From an uncultured Pelagibacteraceae bacterium (GTDB lineage: Bacteria; Pseudomonadota; Alphaproteobacteria; Pelagibacterales; AG-422-B15), in assembly GCA_902523455.1 (NCBI GenBank), contig CABYZG010000002.1, forward strand, positions 43,652 through 107,651: DNA of 64,000 nt, in the 5' to 3' direction. Positions 41,558 through 51,815 of this stretch are shown one piece after another (the first letter of the stretch is position 1; every line of letters starts with the position of its first letter). The notes beneath the pieces are model-generated. The model was given only the letters and a program-made list of their open reading frames with translations. It was not told the DNA's origin and ran no database searches. The position numbers were made by a program, and so were the translations under genes.

Positions 41558-42569
41558 TTCTATGTAGTCCTACAATATCATATACATCATTAATTGTTTT
41601 TTGCGCAACTTGATTTGCTTTATTTTGGCCATCTAATAATATTTCTGAAAGATAGCCTATGTCTTGCATTAGTTTTTTAACTTCTGTTGTTATTGGTTTT
41701 AGTCGTTCTACCAACACATCAGATAAATCAGACTTAAATTTAGAAAAATTTTGACCTTCATATTGTTCAACTAGCTTATATTTTTCAATTGCAGAAAAAC
41801 CTGAATAGATATTAAGCAAGTTATTAACCTCAGCTAATTTTTTTACTTCCTCAATTTTTCCTGGCATCACTGCATCTGCGGTTTTTGCTTTTTTTATCTT
41901 TTTTATAATTTCATCACTCTCATCTAAAAGACTTATACGTGAGTATTCAGATAGATCTGATTTACTCATTTTTTGACTCCCATCTTTAAGAGACATAATT
42001 CTTGAAATATTCTTATCTATAATTGGCTCAGGAATCGGAAAAAAGTTCTCGCAATTAAAATCCCGATTAAATTTCTGTGCAATATCTCTAGTGAGTTCAA
42101 GATGCTGCTTTTGATCATCTCCAACTGGAACATGTGTTGCTTTATAAACTAGTATATCAGCAGCCATTAAATTAGGATAAATAAATAGACCCGAACTGGC
42201 ATTCTCTTTATCTTTCCCAGCTTTATCTTTGAACTGTGTCATTCGATTCAACCATCCCATTCTTGTAACGCAATTAAATATCCAAGCTAACTCTGAATGG
42301 GCGGATACACTGCTTTGATTAAATATTACACTTTTTTTTGGATCTATACCTGATGCTATATAAGTTGCTGCAACTTCTAGAGTATTTCTTTTTAAAATCT
42401 TAGGGTCTTGTTTTACAGTTATCGCATGTAAATCAACTATACAAAAAAAACAATTATAATTATTTTGCATGTTTACAAAATTTTTAATTGCCCCAAGATA
42501 ATTACCTATATGAAGATCACCTGATGGTTGAACCCCTGATAAGACAGTATTGTTATTAATTTTACTCAT
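41547..42569 (-). CDS. trpS: Tryptophan--tRNA ligase
   Basis: SGVQPSGDLHIGNY (HIGH), VPVGDDQKQHLE, KMSKS. Confidence 0.98.
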   Translation of the reverse strand: MSKINNNTVLSGVQPSGDLHIGNYLGAIKNFVNMQNNYNCFFCIVDLHAITVKQDPKILKRNTLEVAATYIASGIDPKKSVIFNQSSVSAHSELAWIFNCVTRMGWLNRMTQFKDKAGKDKENASSGLFIYPNLMAADILVYKATHVPVGDDQKQHLELTRDIAQKFNRDFNCENFFPIPEPIIDKNISRIMSLKDGSQKMSKSDLSEYSRISLLDESDEIIKKIKKAKTADAVMPGKIEEVKKLAEVNNLLNIYSGFSAIEKYKLVEQYEGQNFSKFKSDLSDVLVERLKPITTEVKKLMQDIGYLSEILLDGQNKANQVAQKTINDVYDIVGLHRNEA

Positions 42570-44104
42570 TTTTGTAGAATCTTTTTAATTTCAGAATATT
42601 TAAACGGCTTGTAAAATGAAATTAGAATAAAATAAAGCAATATTGAAGAAAGTACTGAAAATAAAAGAAATATAATTTCATAGCCTTGAAGAAAATTAAA
42701 TAGAATTTCCAAATAGTTTTCTAAAAAAATTAAATACAGATACATGATAAAAGAAACAATAATAATAATTGCGCCAGGAAAGATAATTCCTCTACTAATT
42801 TGATAATAATTATTTTTATACAAGCTATAATTCATTAATAAAACACTTATCCATGCTGATAAACTAGTAGCTATCGGAATTCCAATAAAACCTAAATTGA
42901 CAAATAAGACTATACTTAAGGTTGTATTTATAACTAAATTTGTTGCAGTGATATACAAGGTAGGTCTTGCATTCTCATATGCAAAAAATATTGGTGTATA
43001 AATTTTCATTAGAATAAAAGCTACAAGACCTAAAGAATAGAATTTGAGAGCTTTAGAGGTAAATAATGAAGAGTTTTCGTTAAATTCACCTCTTTCGAAA
43101 AGTACGGCTATAATTTGCTCTGAGAGTGCAAAAATTCCTACAGATGCAGGAACTGCAAGCAGCAATGAGTAAACTAATGTTTGTTCTATTGTATCATGAA
43201 TTTTTTCAAAACTCTCCGATTTTATCTTACTTGAAATTGAGGGCAGCATGGCAACACCAATTGCTATGCCAATAAGGGCAAGAGGTAATTGATAGATACG
43301 ATCAGCGTAATAAAGGTATGAAATGGCACCACTCTCATATGAGGCAATGATTGTTCCAATTAAAATATTTATCTGCAACAACCCAGATGAAAAAAAACTT
43401 GCTGTAAACAACTTTATAAAACGCTTAACATAACTAGTGTATATTTTTTTAGTAAAGAAAAAAAATATTTTTTCTCTGACTAGTGCAATAATAAGAAATG
43501 CTATCTGTAACAGACCAGCAACAATAACGCTCCATGATAAGAATGTTAAAAAATCAGCTGCTGTATAAGCGGCAGTGATCAGTGCTATTATTAATGTAAT
43601 ATTTAATATTATTGGAAGAGCTGCTGACAATGCAAACTTGTTATGTGAATTAAGAATTGATGAGCAAATTGACGAAATACTTATTAAAATTAAAAAAGGA
43701 AAAATAATTCTTGAAACTGCAACTAGCTCATTAAATTTATCATTATCGTTTGCAAATCCAGGTGCTAAAATTGCAACAAAGGATGGCATAAAAACTTCAA
43801 TTAATAGAACCACCAGAGATGAAGCTACTAAAAAAATCAGAAAAATACTCCCTGAAAATTTTTTTGACTCATGACTAAAATTGTCTTTAATTAATTTAGT
43901 GTAAATAGGTACAAATGCAGAGTTAAGTGCTCCTTCTGAAAAAATTCTTCTAAACGTATTTGGCAGCCTAAAAGCAACAAAGAAAATATCAGCTATTACT
44001 CCTGTTCCTAAAAAGTTTGCAATCAAAATATCTCTTAAAAAACCAAAAACTCTACTTATCGATGTAAATATAGAATAAATAAGTGAGGACCTTATAACGT
44101 TCAT
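42566..44104 (-). CDS. murJ: Lipid II flippase MurJ (MviN)
   Basis: SRVFGFLRD, AFRLPNTFRRIFSEGA, YADRIYQLP; many TM helices. Confidence 0.95.
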   Translation of the reverse strand: MNVIRSSLIYSIFTSISRVFGFLRDILIANFLGTGVIADIFFVAFRLPNTFRRIFSEGALNSAFVPIYTKLIKDNFSHESKKFSGSIFLIFLVASSLVVLLIEVFMPSFVAILAPGFANDNDKFNELVAVSRIIFPFLILISISSICSSILNSHNKFALSAALPIILNITLIIALITAAYTAADFLTFLSWSVIVAGLLQIAFLIIALVREKIFFFFTKKIYTSYVKRFIKLFTASFFSSGLLQINILIGTIIASYESGAISYLYYADRIYQLPLALIGIAIGVAMLPSISSKIKSESFEKIHDTIEQTLVYSLLLAVPASVGIFALSEQIIAVLFERGEFNENSSLFTSKALKFYSLGLVAFILMKIYTPIFFAYENARPTLYITATNLVINTTLSIVLFVNLGFIGIPIATSLSAWISVLLMNYSLYKNNYYQISRGIIFPGAIIIIVSFIMYLYLIFLENYLEILFNFLQGYEIIFLLFSVLSSILLYFILISFYKPFKYSEIKKILQK

Positions 44105-44226
44105 ATAAACATTGTTTATTAATCTATTTTGATTTAAATAACTTCAAAAATAAAGGTTCATTCAATATATATCTTTTGAAATTGAAAAGCAGGTAAAAAG
44201 CTATATAAAATCCAAAAAAAGAAAAT

Positions 44227-46494
44227 ATGACAAAAAAAGATAGAGAAGAGCATTTCAGCGAAAAAGAAGCGTTAGTGTTTCATACCCAAGGTAAGCCAGG
44301 CAAAATAGAAATTAAAGCTACGAAACCTCTAGAGACACAAAGAGACCTTTCATTAGCTTACTCACCTGGTGTTGCGGCTCCTGTAAATGCTATAGCTGAA
44401 GATATTAGCACAGTTTACGACTATACAAGTAAGGGTAATATAGTTGCAGTTATATCAAATGGAACTGCAATTTTAGGCCTTGGAAATTTAGGAGCTCATG
44501 CATCAAAACCAGTTATGGAAGGAAAATCTGTTTTATTTAAAAGATTTTCGGATATCGACTCAATTGATTTAGAAATTGATACCGAGGATGCTGAAAAATT
44601 TATTAACTCTGTAAAGTATTTAGGACCATCTTTTGGAGGAATAAATCTTGAAGACATTAAGGCTCCTGAGTGTTTTATAATCGAAGATTCACTAAGAGAA
44701 CAAATGGACATACCTATTTTCCATGATGATCAACATGGAACTGCAATTATATCTGCTGCAGCACTTATAAATGCAATGGACCTTACAGGAAAAAAAATTA
44801 ATGAAGCCAAAATTGTTGTTAATGGAGCAGGTGCTGCAGGTATTGCATGTCTGGAGCTTTTAAAGGCAATGGGTATGCCAAATGAAAATGCAATATTGTG
44901 TGACACCAAAGGAGTTATTCATACTGAAAGAAAAGAAAATATGAACCAATGGAAATCTGCACATGCAGTAAAAACAAAGTATAGAACTCTTGAAGATGCA
45001 TTAAACGGAGCCGATATTTTTTTTGGTCTCTCAATTGGTAATATCATTAGTCAAAAAATGGTTTTATCTATGGCAGAAAAACCAATTATTTTTGCAATGG
45101 CTAATCCTGAACCTGAAATATTGCCTGAAAAGATTAAAGAATGTAGAAAGGATGCGATTATTGCTACTGGAAGATCAGATTATCCTAATCAGGTTAATAA
45201 TGTTTTGGGATTCCCCTATATATTTAGAGGTGCATTAGATGTAAGGGCAAAAACAATTAACCTTGAAATGAAGATTGCTGCTGCTAAAGCAATAGCTGAT
45301 CTAGCCAAGGAAGATGTACCAGATGAGGTAGCCAATGCTTATCCTGGGAAAAGACCTCAATACGGTCCAGATTATATTATCCCTTCTCCCTTCGATCCAA
45401 GACTTATTAGTAAGGTTCCTCCAGCAGTTGCTAAAGCCGCTATGGATACTGGTGTTGCAAGGAAAGCAATTGTTGATATTGAAAATTACTCGAATGAATT
45501 ATCTGCGAGGCTCAATCCTTCTGCTGGTCTTCTACAAAAGGTTTTTCAAGAAGTAAAAGAAAATCCAAAAAGAGTAATTTTTACTGAAGGTGAAGAGGAG
45601 GACATGATCAGAGCTGCAGTAATTTTTCTAAACAATAAAATGGGTACTCCAATATTAATTGGAAGAGATGACGTCATAAAAACTAAAATGCAGGAAATGG
45701 GATTAGATTTTTTTGATCAAATGGAAATTCACAGTACTAGGAATAAATCTGAACATGATAGGTATGCTGAACATATCTATCATCGTTTACAAAGAAAAGG
45801 GTTTTTAAAAAAGGATTGTTTAGATCTACTCAATCGGGAAAGAAATGTTTTTGCGGCATGTATGGTATCTTTAAAAGAAGCAGATGCAATGGTTTGTGGT
45901 TTAACAAGAAGCTATGCTGCGTCATTAGAAAGTATTGAGTATGTTCTTGATCCAATACCTAATAAAACCATTCTTGGCCTGACTGTGATGTTATGTAATG
46001 GAAGAACTATTTTTGTCGCTGACTCAAATGTGCATGATATGCCTAACGCTTCACAATTAGCAAATATTACGCAAGAAAGTGCTGAAGTAGTGAGAGAAAT
46101 ATTTGGCATTGAACCGAGAGCTGCGCTGGTTTCATATTCAAACTTTGGTAAGCCATTTACTGAAAGGTCAGTATATATGAGAGATGCAAAGAAAATTCTT
46201 GATGAAAGAAATATTGATTTTGAATACGACGGAGAAATGGGTGCTAATACTGCTCTGAATGAAAATTTAATGAGTCTTTATCCATTTTGTAAGTTATCCG
46301 GCCCTGCAAATTTGCTAATTATGCCAGCTATTCACAGTGCAAGCATATCAACTAAGATGCTTCAGGAATTAGGAGGAGGTACACTAGTTGGACCATACTT
46401 GGTTGGCTTTAAAGAAAGTATACAAATTGCTCCTTTAGGAGCAAATGTTGCTGACATTGTTAACTTAGCTGCATTATCAGCATTTAAAAGTTAG
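44227..46494 (+). CDS. maeB: NADP-dependent malic enzyme with C-terminal phosphotransacetylase-like domain
   Basis: LSLAYSPGVA, MEGKSVLFK, NLEDIKAPECF, HDDQHGTA, GAGAAG, TGRSDYPNQVNN; PTA-like C-terminal half. Confidence 0.95.
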   Translation: MTKKDREEHFSEKEALVFHTQGKPGKIEIKATKPLETQRDLSLAYSPGVAAPVNAIAEDISTVYDYTSKGNIVAVISNGTAILGLGNLGAHASKPVMEGKSVLFKRFSDIDSIDLEIDTEDAEKFINSVKYLGPSFGGINLEDIKAPECFIIEDSLREQMDIPIFHDDQHGTAIISAAALINAMDLTGKKINEAKIVVNGAGAAGIACLELLKAMGMPNENAILCDTKGVIHTERKENMNQWKSAHAVKTKYRTLEDALNGADIFFGLSIGNIISQKMVLSMAEKPIIFAMANPEPEILPEKIKECRKDAIIATGRSDYPNQVNNVLGFPYIFRGALDVRAKTINLEMKIAAAKAIADLAKEDVPDEVANAYPGKRPQYGPDYIIPSPFDPRLISKVPPAVAKAAMDTGVARKAIVDIENYSNELSARLNPSAGLLQKVFQEVKENPKRVIFTEGEEEDMIRAAVIFLNNKMGTPILIGRDDVIKTKMQEMGLDFFDQMEIHSTRNKSEHDRYAEHIYHRLQRKGFLKKDCLDLLNRERNVFAACMVSLKEADAMVCGLTRSYAASLESIEYVLDPIPNKTILGLTVMLCNGRTIFVADSNVHDMPNASQLANITQESAEVVREIFGIEPRAALVSYSNFGKPFTERSVYMRDAKKILDERNIDFEYDGEMGANTALNENLMSLYPFCKLSGPANLLIMPAIHSASISTKMLQELGGGTLVGPYLVGFKESIQIAPLGANVADIVNLAALSAFKS

Positions 46495-47453
46495 TTTTTC
46501 AAAAAATAAGCGATCTCTTTAAGTGCTTGTTTTGCCTCAGGCAAAAAACCAAATATTTGCCAAACATGAGGTAGATTTTTGTATACACTTAAAGTCACTT
46601 CATTATTTCCATCTTTGATTTTAGATTCAAGATCCAGGGAGTCGCTATACAATATTTCAATATCACTAACCTGTATCAAGATTTTTGGATAGTTAGAGTA
46701 TTTTGCAAATACTGGGGATATAAGAGGATTTTTATAATCTTGATTTGGAGCGTACCATTCTTTGACAGTTTTCTGCATAGAGAGCGATGTGTTTAGCCAA
46801 TTATCGTAAGATAAATAAGGATCTGACTTTGAATTTTCCTTAATGCTTCTTCCCTCGCCAGTAAGGTCTGTCCATGGAGATAATAAAAATAGTTTTGAAG
46901 GTAATTTTTGATTTAGCTCTTGTAATTTCAATGTGCTAACTAAAGTTAAATTGCCTCCAGCTGAGTCCCCTCCAAAATAAATATTTTCATTTTTAAATCC
47001 TTTTTCTAATAAGGCATTATAACTGCTTATAGTTTCGTCGATTGCTTTAGGAAAATTATTTTCAGGTGATAATGAGTAATCAATAGCAAATATTTGAATT
47101 GAAGACAACTTAGCTAATGTTATAAGCATATTTTGATGTGTCTCTGGTGATCCAGCTACATAACCCCCTCCATGAAGATAAAGTATACATTTTTCTTTAT
47201 CGGAGTTTTTATTTGTAAAATGTAAAGTTCTTGTTTCACTTAAATAAATTTCTTTAATATCGATAGATGATTTGCGTTTATTGAAGATTAATTTTTGCAA
47301 AAGTTTAGAGCCTAATGAATTATCTTGATCAACGTAACCTTCCTGATTCATCATCTTTCTTGCTTCAATGTAGGATCTTTCTTCAACAGGAGGCTGAACA
47401 TCTTTTACATATTTTTTAAGCATGAAGTTGAGTATTTTTGATTGTATGCTCAT
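46491..47453 (-). CDS. Alpha/beta hydrolase, hormone-sensitive lipase-like esterase
   Basis: LYLHGGGY, GDSAGGNL, LSPWTDL, LPHVW. Confidence 0.9.
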   Translation of the reverse strand: MSIQSKILNFMLKKYVKDVQPPVEERSYIEARKMMNQEGYVDQDNSLGSKLLQKLIFNKRKSSIDIKEIYLSETRTLHFTNKNSDKEKCILYLHGGGYVAGSPETHQNMLITLAKLSSIQIFAIDYSLSPENNFPKAIDETISSYNALLEKGFKNENIYFGGDSAGGNLTLVSTLKLQELNQKLPSKLFLLSPWTDLTGEGRSIKENSKSDPYLSYDNWLNTSLSMQKTVKEWYAPNQDYKNPLISPVFAKYSNYPKILIQVSDIEILYSDSLDLESKIKDGNNEVTLSVYKNLPHVWQIFGFLPEAKQALKEIAYFLKN

Positions 47454-47459
47454 ATCGAA

Positions 47460-48392
47460 CTAATTAGTTTTTAAAAGCTGATCCCAAATTATTTTTGAAA
47501 TATCAATCTTGTGAAGTTTTTTGATTTCTTGTATGCAGGTTGGTGACGTAACATTAATTTCCGTTAAATATTTACCAATTACATCAATGCCTACAAAAAA
47601 AAGTCCTTCATCTTTTAGAAATCCTCTGATTTCCCTACAAATATTTAAATCTTGTCTTGATATTTTGACTGCTTCACAATTTCCTCCCACATGAATATTT
47701 GAGCGTATTTCATTGTTCTTGGGTATCCTTCTCAAAGCTGCAATTGGTTCTCCATTAACAAGAATTATTCGTTTGTCTCCATGTTTGATTTCCGGAAGAA
47801 ATTTTTGAATTATAAATGGCTCTTTAAGCTGATCTATAAAACGTTCGATAATTTGATTATAGTTTTCATCTTGTTTATCAAGTAAAAATATACTTTCGCC
47901 TCCATTGCCGTAGAGGGGTTTAATTACGCACTTTCCATTTTGTTTTATAAAATCATTTATATCTTTTTTTTCTCTAGTAATAACCGTTGGAGGTATTATT
48001 TCTTTATAAGATAGCATTGAAATTTTTTCTGGTGCGTTTCTTATCCCATTTGGACGATTTATAAACTTAGTAGGCCCTTTTACTTGTTCTAAGAGATGCA
48101 TGGAAGAAATATATTCCATGTTATAAGGCGGATCCTGTCGAATGAAAACATAATTGAAATTATCAACCCTTACTTGTTTAAGATTACCAATTACATAATT
48201 TTTTAATTTATTATCTTTAAAAGAAATTTCTCTAGCCTGAGCATATACCAAATTATTTTTAAATGTCAGACTACTTGGTAAAAAATAAAAATTCTTATTT
48301 TTTCTTTTTTGGGACTCTAGAATTAATGGTAAGGAACTATCAGTCTTAATATTTAGCTTATCAATTTCATCAATTTGAAAACCTATGTTCAT
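47460..48392 (-). CDS. gshB: Glutathione synthetase
   Basis: IRQDPPYNMEY, RNAPEK, KPLYGNGG, GDKRI, RSNIHVGG, EINVTSPT. Confidence 0.96.
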   Translation of the reverse strand: MNIGFQIDEIDKLNIKTDSSLPLILESQKRKNKNFYFLPSSLTFKNNLVYAQAREISFKDNKLKNYVIGNLKQVRVDNFNYVFIRQDPPYNMEYISSMHLLEQVKGPTKFINRPNGIRNAPEKISMLSYKEIIPPTVITREKKDINDFIKQNGKCVIKPLYGNGGESIFLLDKQDENYNQIIERFIDQLKEPFIIQKFLPEIKHGDKRIILVNGEPIAALRRIPKNNEIRSNIHVGGNCEAVKISRQDLNICREIRGFLKDEGLFFVGIDVIGKYLTEINVTSPTCIQEIKKLHKIDISKIIWDQLLKTN

Positions 48393-48398
48393 TATAAA

Positions 48399-48989
48399 TT
48401 AAAATTCGTCTACTTTGATTGAGATATAGTCTATTACTTCCTCAACTCCATATACTTCTTTAGCAATATTTATTACTAAATCTCTTTCACTCTCACTTCT
48501 AGCAATGCCTATAATGTAGACCAGCTTATTAACTGTCTCAATGCTGTAATTCAATGAATTAATTTTTTCATTTAATATTAATTTTCCTTTTACTTTTGTG
48601 CTTATAACAAGATCGTCAGCAAAATTAATTATATTATCTGAGTTTGATATCTGGATTTCATTTATAACCGTTTGTACCCCTTTTACTCCCCATGCAATTC
48701 TTGTTGCTTCAATTTTAAGATCAATATTTTCTATTGTCCCAGTCAATAACACTCTCCCTTGTGATACCTCGACATCAATATTAAAAAATAGTTTTTCATT
48801 TTGATCAAAATATATATTTTTTATCAAAGTTTTTATAATTGTATCATCAACAAACTCTCCAATTGATCTTGCTTCTTGATTGACTGTAACTACTTTTACA
48901 GCTGTTCCAGTTGCTACTTGTGCACAGTGAGCTATCAGGATAGAGGGAAAAATTATATAAACTAATGTAAAAACAAATTTAATATTCAT
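48399..48989 (-). CDS. Dual BON-domain protein (DolP/YraP-like)
   Basis: Signal-like N-terminus, RSIGEFVDD, GRVLLTG, two BON repeats; next to rsmI. Confidence 0.85.
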   Translation of the reverse strand: MNIKFVFTLVYIIFPSILIAHCAQVATGTAVKVVTVNQEARSIGEFVDDTIIKTLIKNIYFDQNEKLFFNIDVEVSQGRVLLTGTIENIDLKIEATRIAWGVKGVQTVINEIQISNSDNIINFADDLVISTKVKGKLILNEKINSLNYSIETVNKLVYIIGIARSESERDLVINIAKEVYGVEEVIDYISIKVDEF

Positions 48990-49020
48990 TATCAGTAGTT
49001 ATTATATATCAAAATTGATG

Positions 49021-49911
49021 TCATTGCTTATTTTTTATTAGTAGCTGATATACCTCTCTTTTCGAAAGATTGAAGTAAGTTGAATAAATTTTTGAAATTT
49101 TAGAAATATTAAGCCCCGCTCCAATAAGTTGATTAGATAGTGTTATAATTTCTTCATTTGAAATTTTACTTTCTTTAGAATGGCAAAGAGGCTTAACCAC
49201 AAAGGTTATTTCTCCTAAAATCTTTTTTCTATTTGTCAATTTTTCAATAACTGCTGTAATATTTGAATTGATAACCTCTTCATTTTTTTTGGATAATTCT
49301 CTTACGAATGTTATCTCACAGCTACCATAATGATCATTGATAAAATTAAGTGTTTTGAGAATTCGCTGAGGTGATTCAAAAAATATTACAGGGCATTCGA
49401 GTTTTTTTATCAAGTCCAATTCTTTCAGGGCTTCCTTTTTTTGTCTTGGAAAAAAACTTCTAAACATAAAAGATTTTTGAGCAAAACTTGACAAAACATA
49501 GCTTGATATGGTCGCTGATGGACCAGGTAATGAAAATATATTGATTTTGTTTTCATCACAAATTTTTATGAGATCTGAACCAGGGTCTGAAATTATCGGC
49601 GTGCCAGCATCAGATATTAATGCAATTGATAATCCTGCTTGTAATTTTTTTAATATTAATGGAATAGAGTTTTTTGAATTAAATTTATGAAACGGTTTTA
49701 ATTGGGTTTTAATACCGTATTTATTAGTTAATTTTTTACTAATGCGCGTATCTTCGCATAAGATTAAATCTACACAAGAGAGAGTCTTAAGAGATCTTAG
49801 GGTAATATCACCTAAATTGCCAATTGGAGTTGCTATAATGTATAATCCATTTTGAACCTTTTCGTATTCTAATAATTCATTAATATAACGATTGTTTAAT
49901 TTTATGTTCAT
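49021..49911 (-). CDS. rsmI: 16S rRNA (cytidine1402-2'-O)-methyltransferase
   Basis: LYIIATPIGNLGDIT, CEDTR, SDAGTPIISDPG, FFESPQR, RELSK. Confidence 0.96.
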   Translation of the reverse strand: MNIKLNNRYINELLEYEKVQNGLYIIATPIGNLGDITLRSLKTLSCVDLILCEDTRISKKLTNKYGIKTQLKPFHKFNSKNSIPLILKKLQAGLSIALISDAGTPIISDPGSDLIKICDENKINIFSLPGPSATISSYVLSSFAQKSFMFRSFFPRQKKEALKELDLIKKLECPVIFFESPQRILKTLNFINDHYGSCEITFVRELSKKNEEVINSNITAVIEKLTNRKKILGEITFVVKPLCHSKESKISNEEIITLSNQLIGAGLNISKISKIYSTYFNLSKREVYQLLIKNKQ

Positions 49912-51204
49912 ATGTATCTAAAAAAAAAATTTATACTACTAATAGCTGTCTTTACATTCCTCGGTTTTCTAAGTTGTGAGACTCCAACTAATCACCAAAA
50001 TGAAACTACCACATATAATAAATCTATAAAATTAGATAATAAAAATAAAAATAATAATACATTATCATCACAGATTTTGAATGAAGAAAAAGATACTGCT
50101 CAAAGGGAATTTCTTAATATTGCTTTGATGCTACCTTTAAGCGGCAAACATTATCAAATTGGTAATTCGTTATTGAACTCAGCTCAACTGGCAGTTGAAA
50201 AAAAGAATAATAAAAAAATTAAATTTACAATAATTGATACAGGTGATGAAGAGCAGTTATTATCTCGACTATATAGAGTACTTGAGGATGAAATAGATAT
50301 TATTATTGGGCCAGTTTTTTCAGATAAAGTAAATCAGGTTAGGGAGATTACAAAAAATAAAGCTATACCCATCATAGCACTTTCTAATAATTCTGAAATT
50401 CAAGACAACAGATTATATGTGTTCGGGCTTAAATTAGAAGATGAAATAAAAGAATTATTAACCTATTCCATTAATCGTAATTTAAAAAAATATGCTGTAT
50501 TAGTTCCAAGAAATGAATTTGGAAGTCGTGTTGAAAAAGAAATTAAACAATTTCAGTCTAAAAATAATTTATCGTCCTTTGTCTTTAACTTCTATAATCC
50601 AGATTCTCCAGATTTTTATGATGTTTCAAAGAATGTTTCAAATTTTGAGGTAAGAAAAACTAACTTAGAAAAGAAAATTAAACTATTGGAAAGAGAAAAT
50701 TCTGAAAAAGCTAAAGAGGAATTGAAGAAGTTAAAAAAATTAGATACTTACGGTGAATTAAATTTTGAAGCCTTGATAATTTTTGCACAAAATTTTCAAG
50801 AGGTGTCAAACTTCAGCTCTATACTTCCATACTACGACGTAGATCCTAAAAAAGTGCAGTATATTGGAAGCTCATTGTGGGCTAAAAATTTATCACTAAA
50901 AGAACCAGGTTTAGAAAATGGATATTTCACATCACTTGACATAGATAATCAGAAAAAATTTGAGAATATGTATTTGGAAATTTTTAATTCTAAACCACAC
51001 CCTTTAGCAACATTAAGTTATGATATTGTTGGACTCATCAGTAATCTTCATCAAGATAAAAACAATTTCACAATAAAAAAGCTGCATAACTCCAATGGCT
51101 TTATTGGTATGAATGGATGGTTTAAAATGACTTCAGATGGCAATGTCTTACGTCAACCAAAAATATATAAAATAAAGAAACAAAAATTTAGTCTATTAAA
51201 TTAG
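49912..51204 (+). CDS. LpoA/LppC-like lipoprotein (penicillin-binding protein activator family, periplasmic binding fold)
   Basis: Signal peptide MYLKKKF...FLSC, IALMLPLSG, IIIGPVFS, GMNGWF; divergent from rsmI as in rsmI/lpoA synteny. Confidence 0.78.
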   Translation: MYLKKKFILLIAVFTFLGFLSCETPTNHQNETTTYNKSIKLDNKNKNNNTLSSQILNEEKDTAQREFLNIALMLPLSGKHYQIGNSLLNSAQLAVEKKNNKKIKFTIIDTGDEEQLLSRLYRVLEDEIDIIIGPVFSDKVNQVREITKNKAIPIIALSNNSEIQDNRLYVFGLKLEDEIKELLTYSINRNLKKYAVLVPRNEFGSRVEKEIKQFQSKNNLSSFVFNFYNPDSPDFYDVSKNVSNFEVRKTNLEKKIKLLERENSEKAKEELKKLKKLDTYGELNFEALIIFAQNFQEVSNFSSILPYYDVDPKKVQYIGSSLWAKNLSLKEPGLENGYFTSLDIDNQKKFENMYLEIFNSKPHPLATLSYDIVGLISNLHQDKNNFTIKKLHNSNGFIGMNGWFKMTSDGNVLRQPKIYKIKKQKFSLLN

Positions 51205-51815
51205 CCTTTAAATCTCTCTAAGTACGCTTTCATTTTTTTAAATGCTATTGCTCGATGACTTATTCTTTCTTTATAATTAAAATTCATTTCACCAAATGTT
51301 TTTTTATAACCAATTGGTACAAAAATAGGATCATATCCAAATCCATTTTTGCCCAGAGGGGGAAACTGAACATGTCCATATTTTTTTCCTTCGAATACTC
51401 TGTAATTATTATCTGGAAAATAAATGGATAAAGCACAAGAAAAAAAAGCTTTTCGAGAGCTCTTGTTTACATAATTATTTTTATGAATTTTTTTATGTAT
51501 TTTTCTGATTGCCGTGTTGAAATTTTTATCCTTTCCTGCCCACCTGGCTGAATATATTCCAGGCTGATTACCAAGAGACAAAATACAAAGGCCACTATCG
51601 TCAGCTATGGCAGGAATGCCTGATTGTTTGGCAGCATTTTTTGATTTTATTAGAGAATTTTCTTTAAAAGTTTTTCCGTTTTCGATTGGTTCATTGATAC
51701 AAAATTTTTTTGCAGAGTAAATTTTGAATCCCATTGGCTTTAATAAAGATCTGATTTCTCTTACCTTTCCTTCGTTATGACTGGCAATAACTATTTCTTT
51801 TATATTTTTAATCAC
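51201..51815 (-). CDS. rdgB: Non-canonical purine NTP pyrophosphatase
   Basis: ASHNEGKVRE, ADDSGL, PGIYSARW, GFGYDPIF, SHRA. Confidence 0.96.
   Translation of the reverse strand: MIKNIKEIVIASHNEGKVREIRSLLKPMGFKIYSAKKFCINEPIENGKTFKENSLIKSKNAAKQSGIPAIADDSGLCILSLGNQPGIYSARWAGKDKNFNTAIRKIHKKIHKNNYVNKSSRKAFFSCALSIYFPDNNYRVFEGKKYGHVQFPPLGKNGFGYDPIFVPIGYKKTFGEMNFNYKERISHRAIAFKKMKAYLERFKG

Noticed and set aside
46491-48392. gshB-linked esterase as an S-formylglutathione hydrolase
   Set aside because: Its motifs (HGGG, GDSAG) are hormone-sensitive lipase family, not the FrmB/YeiG GHSMGG type. Adjacency alone is insufficient.
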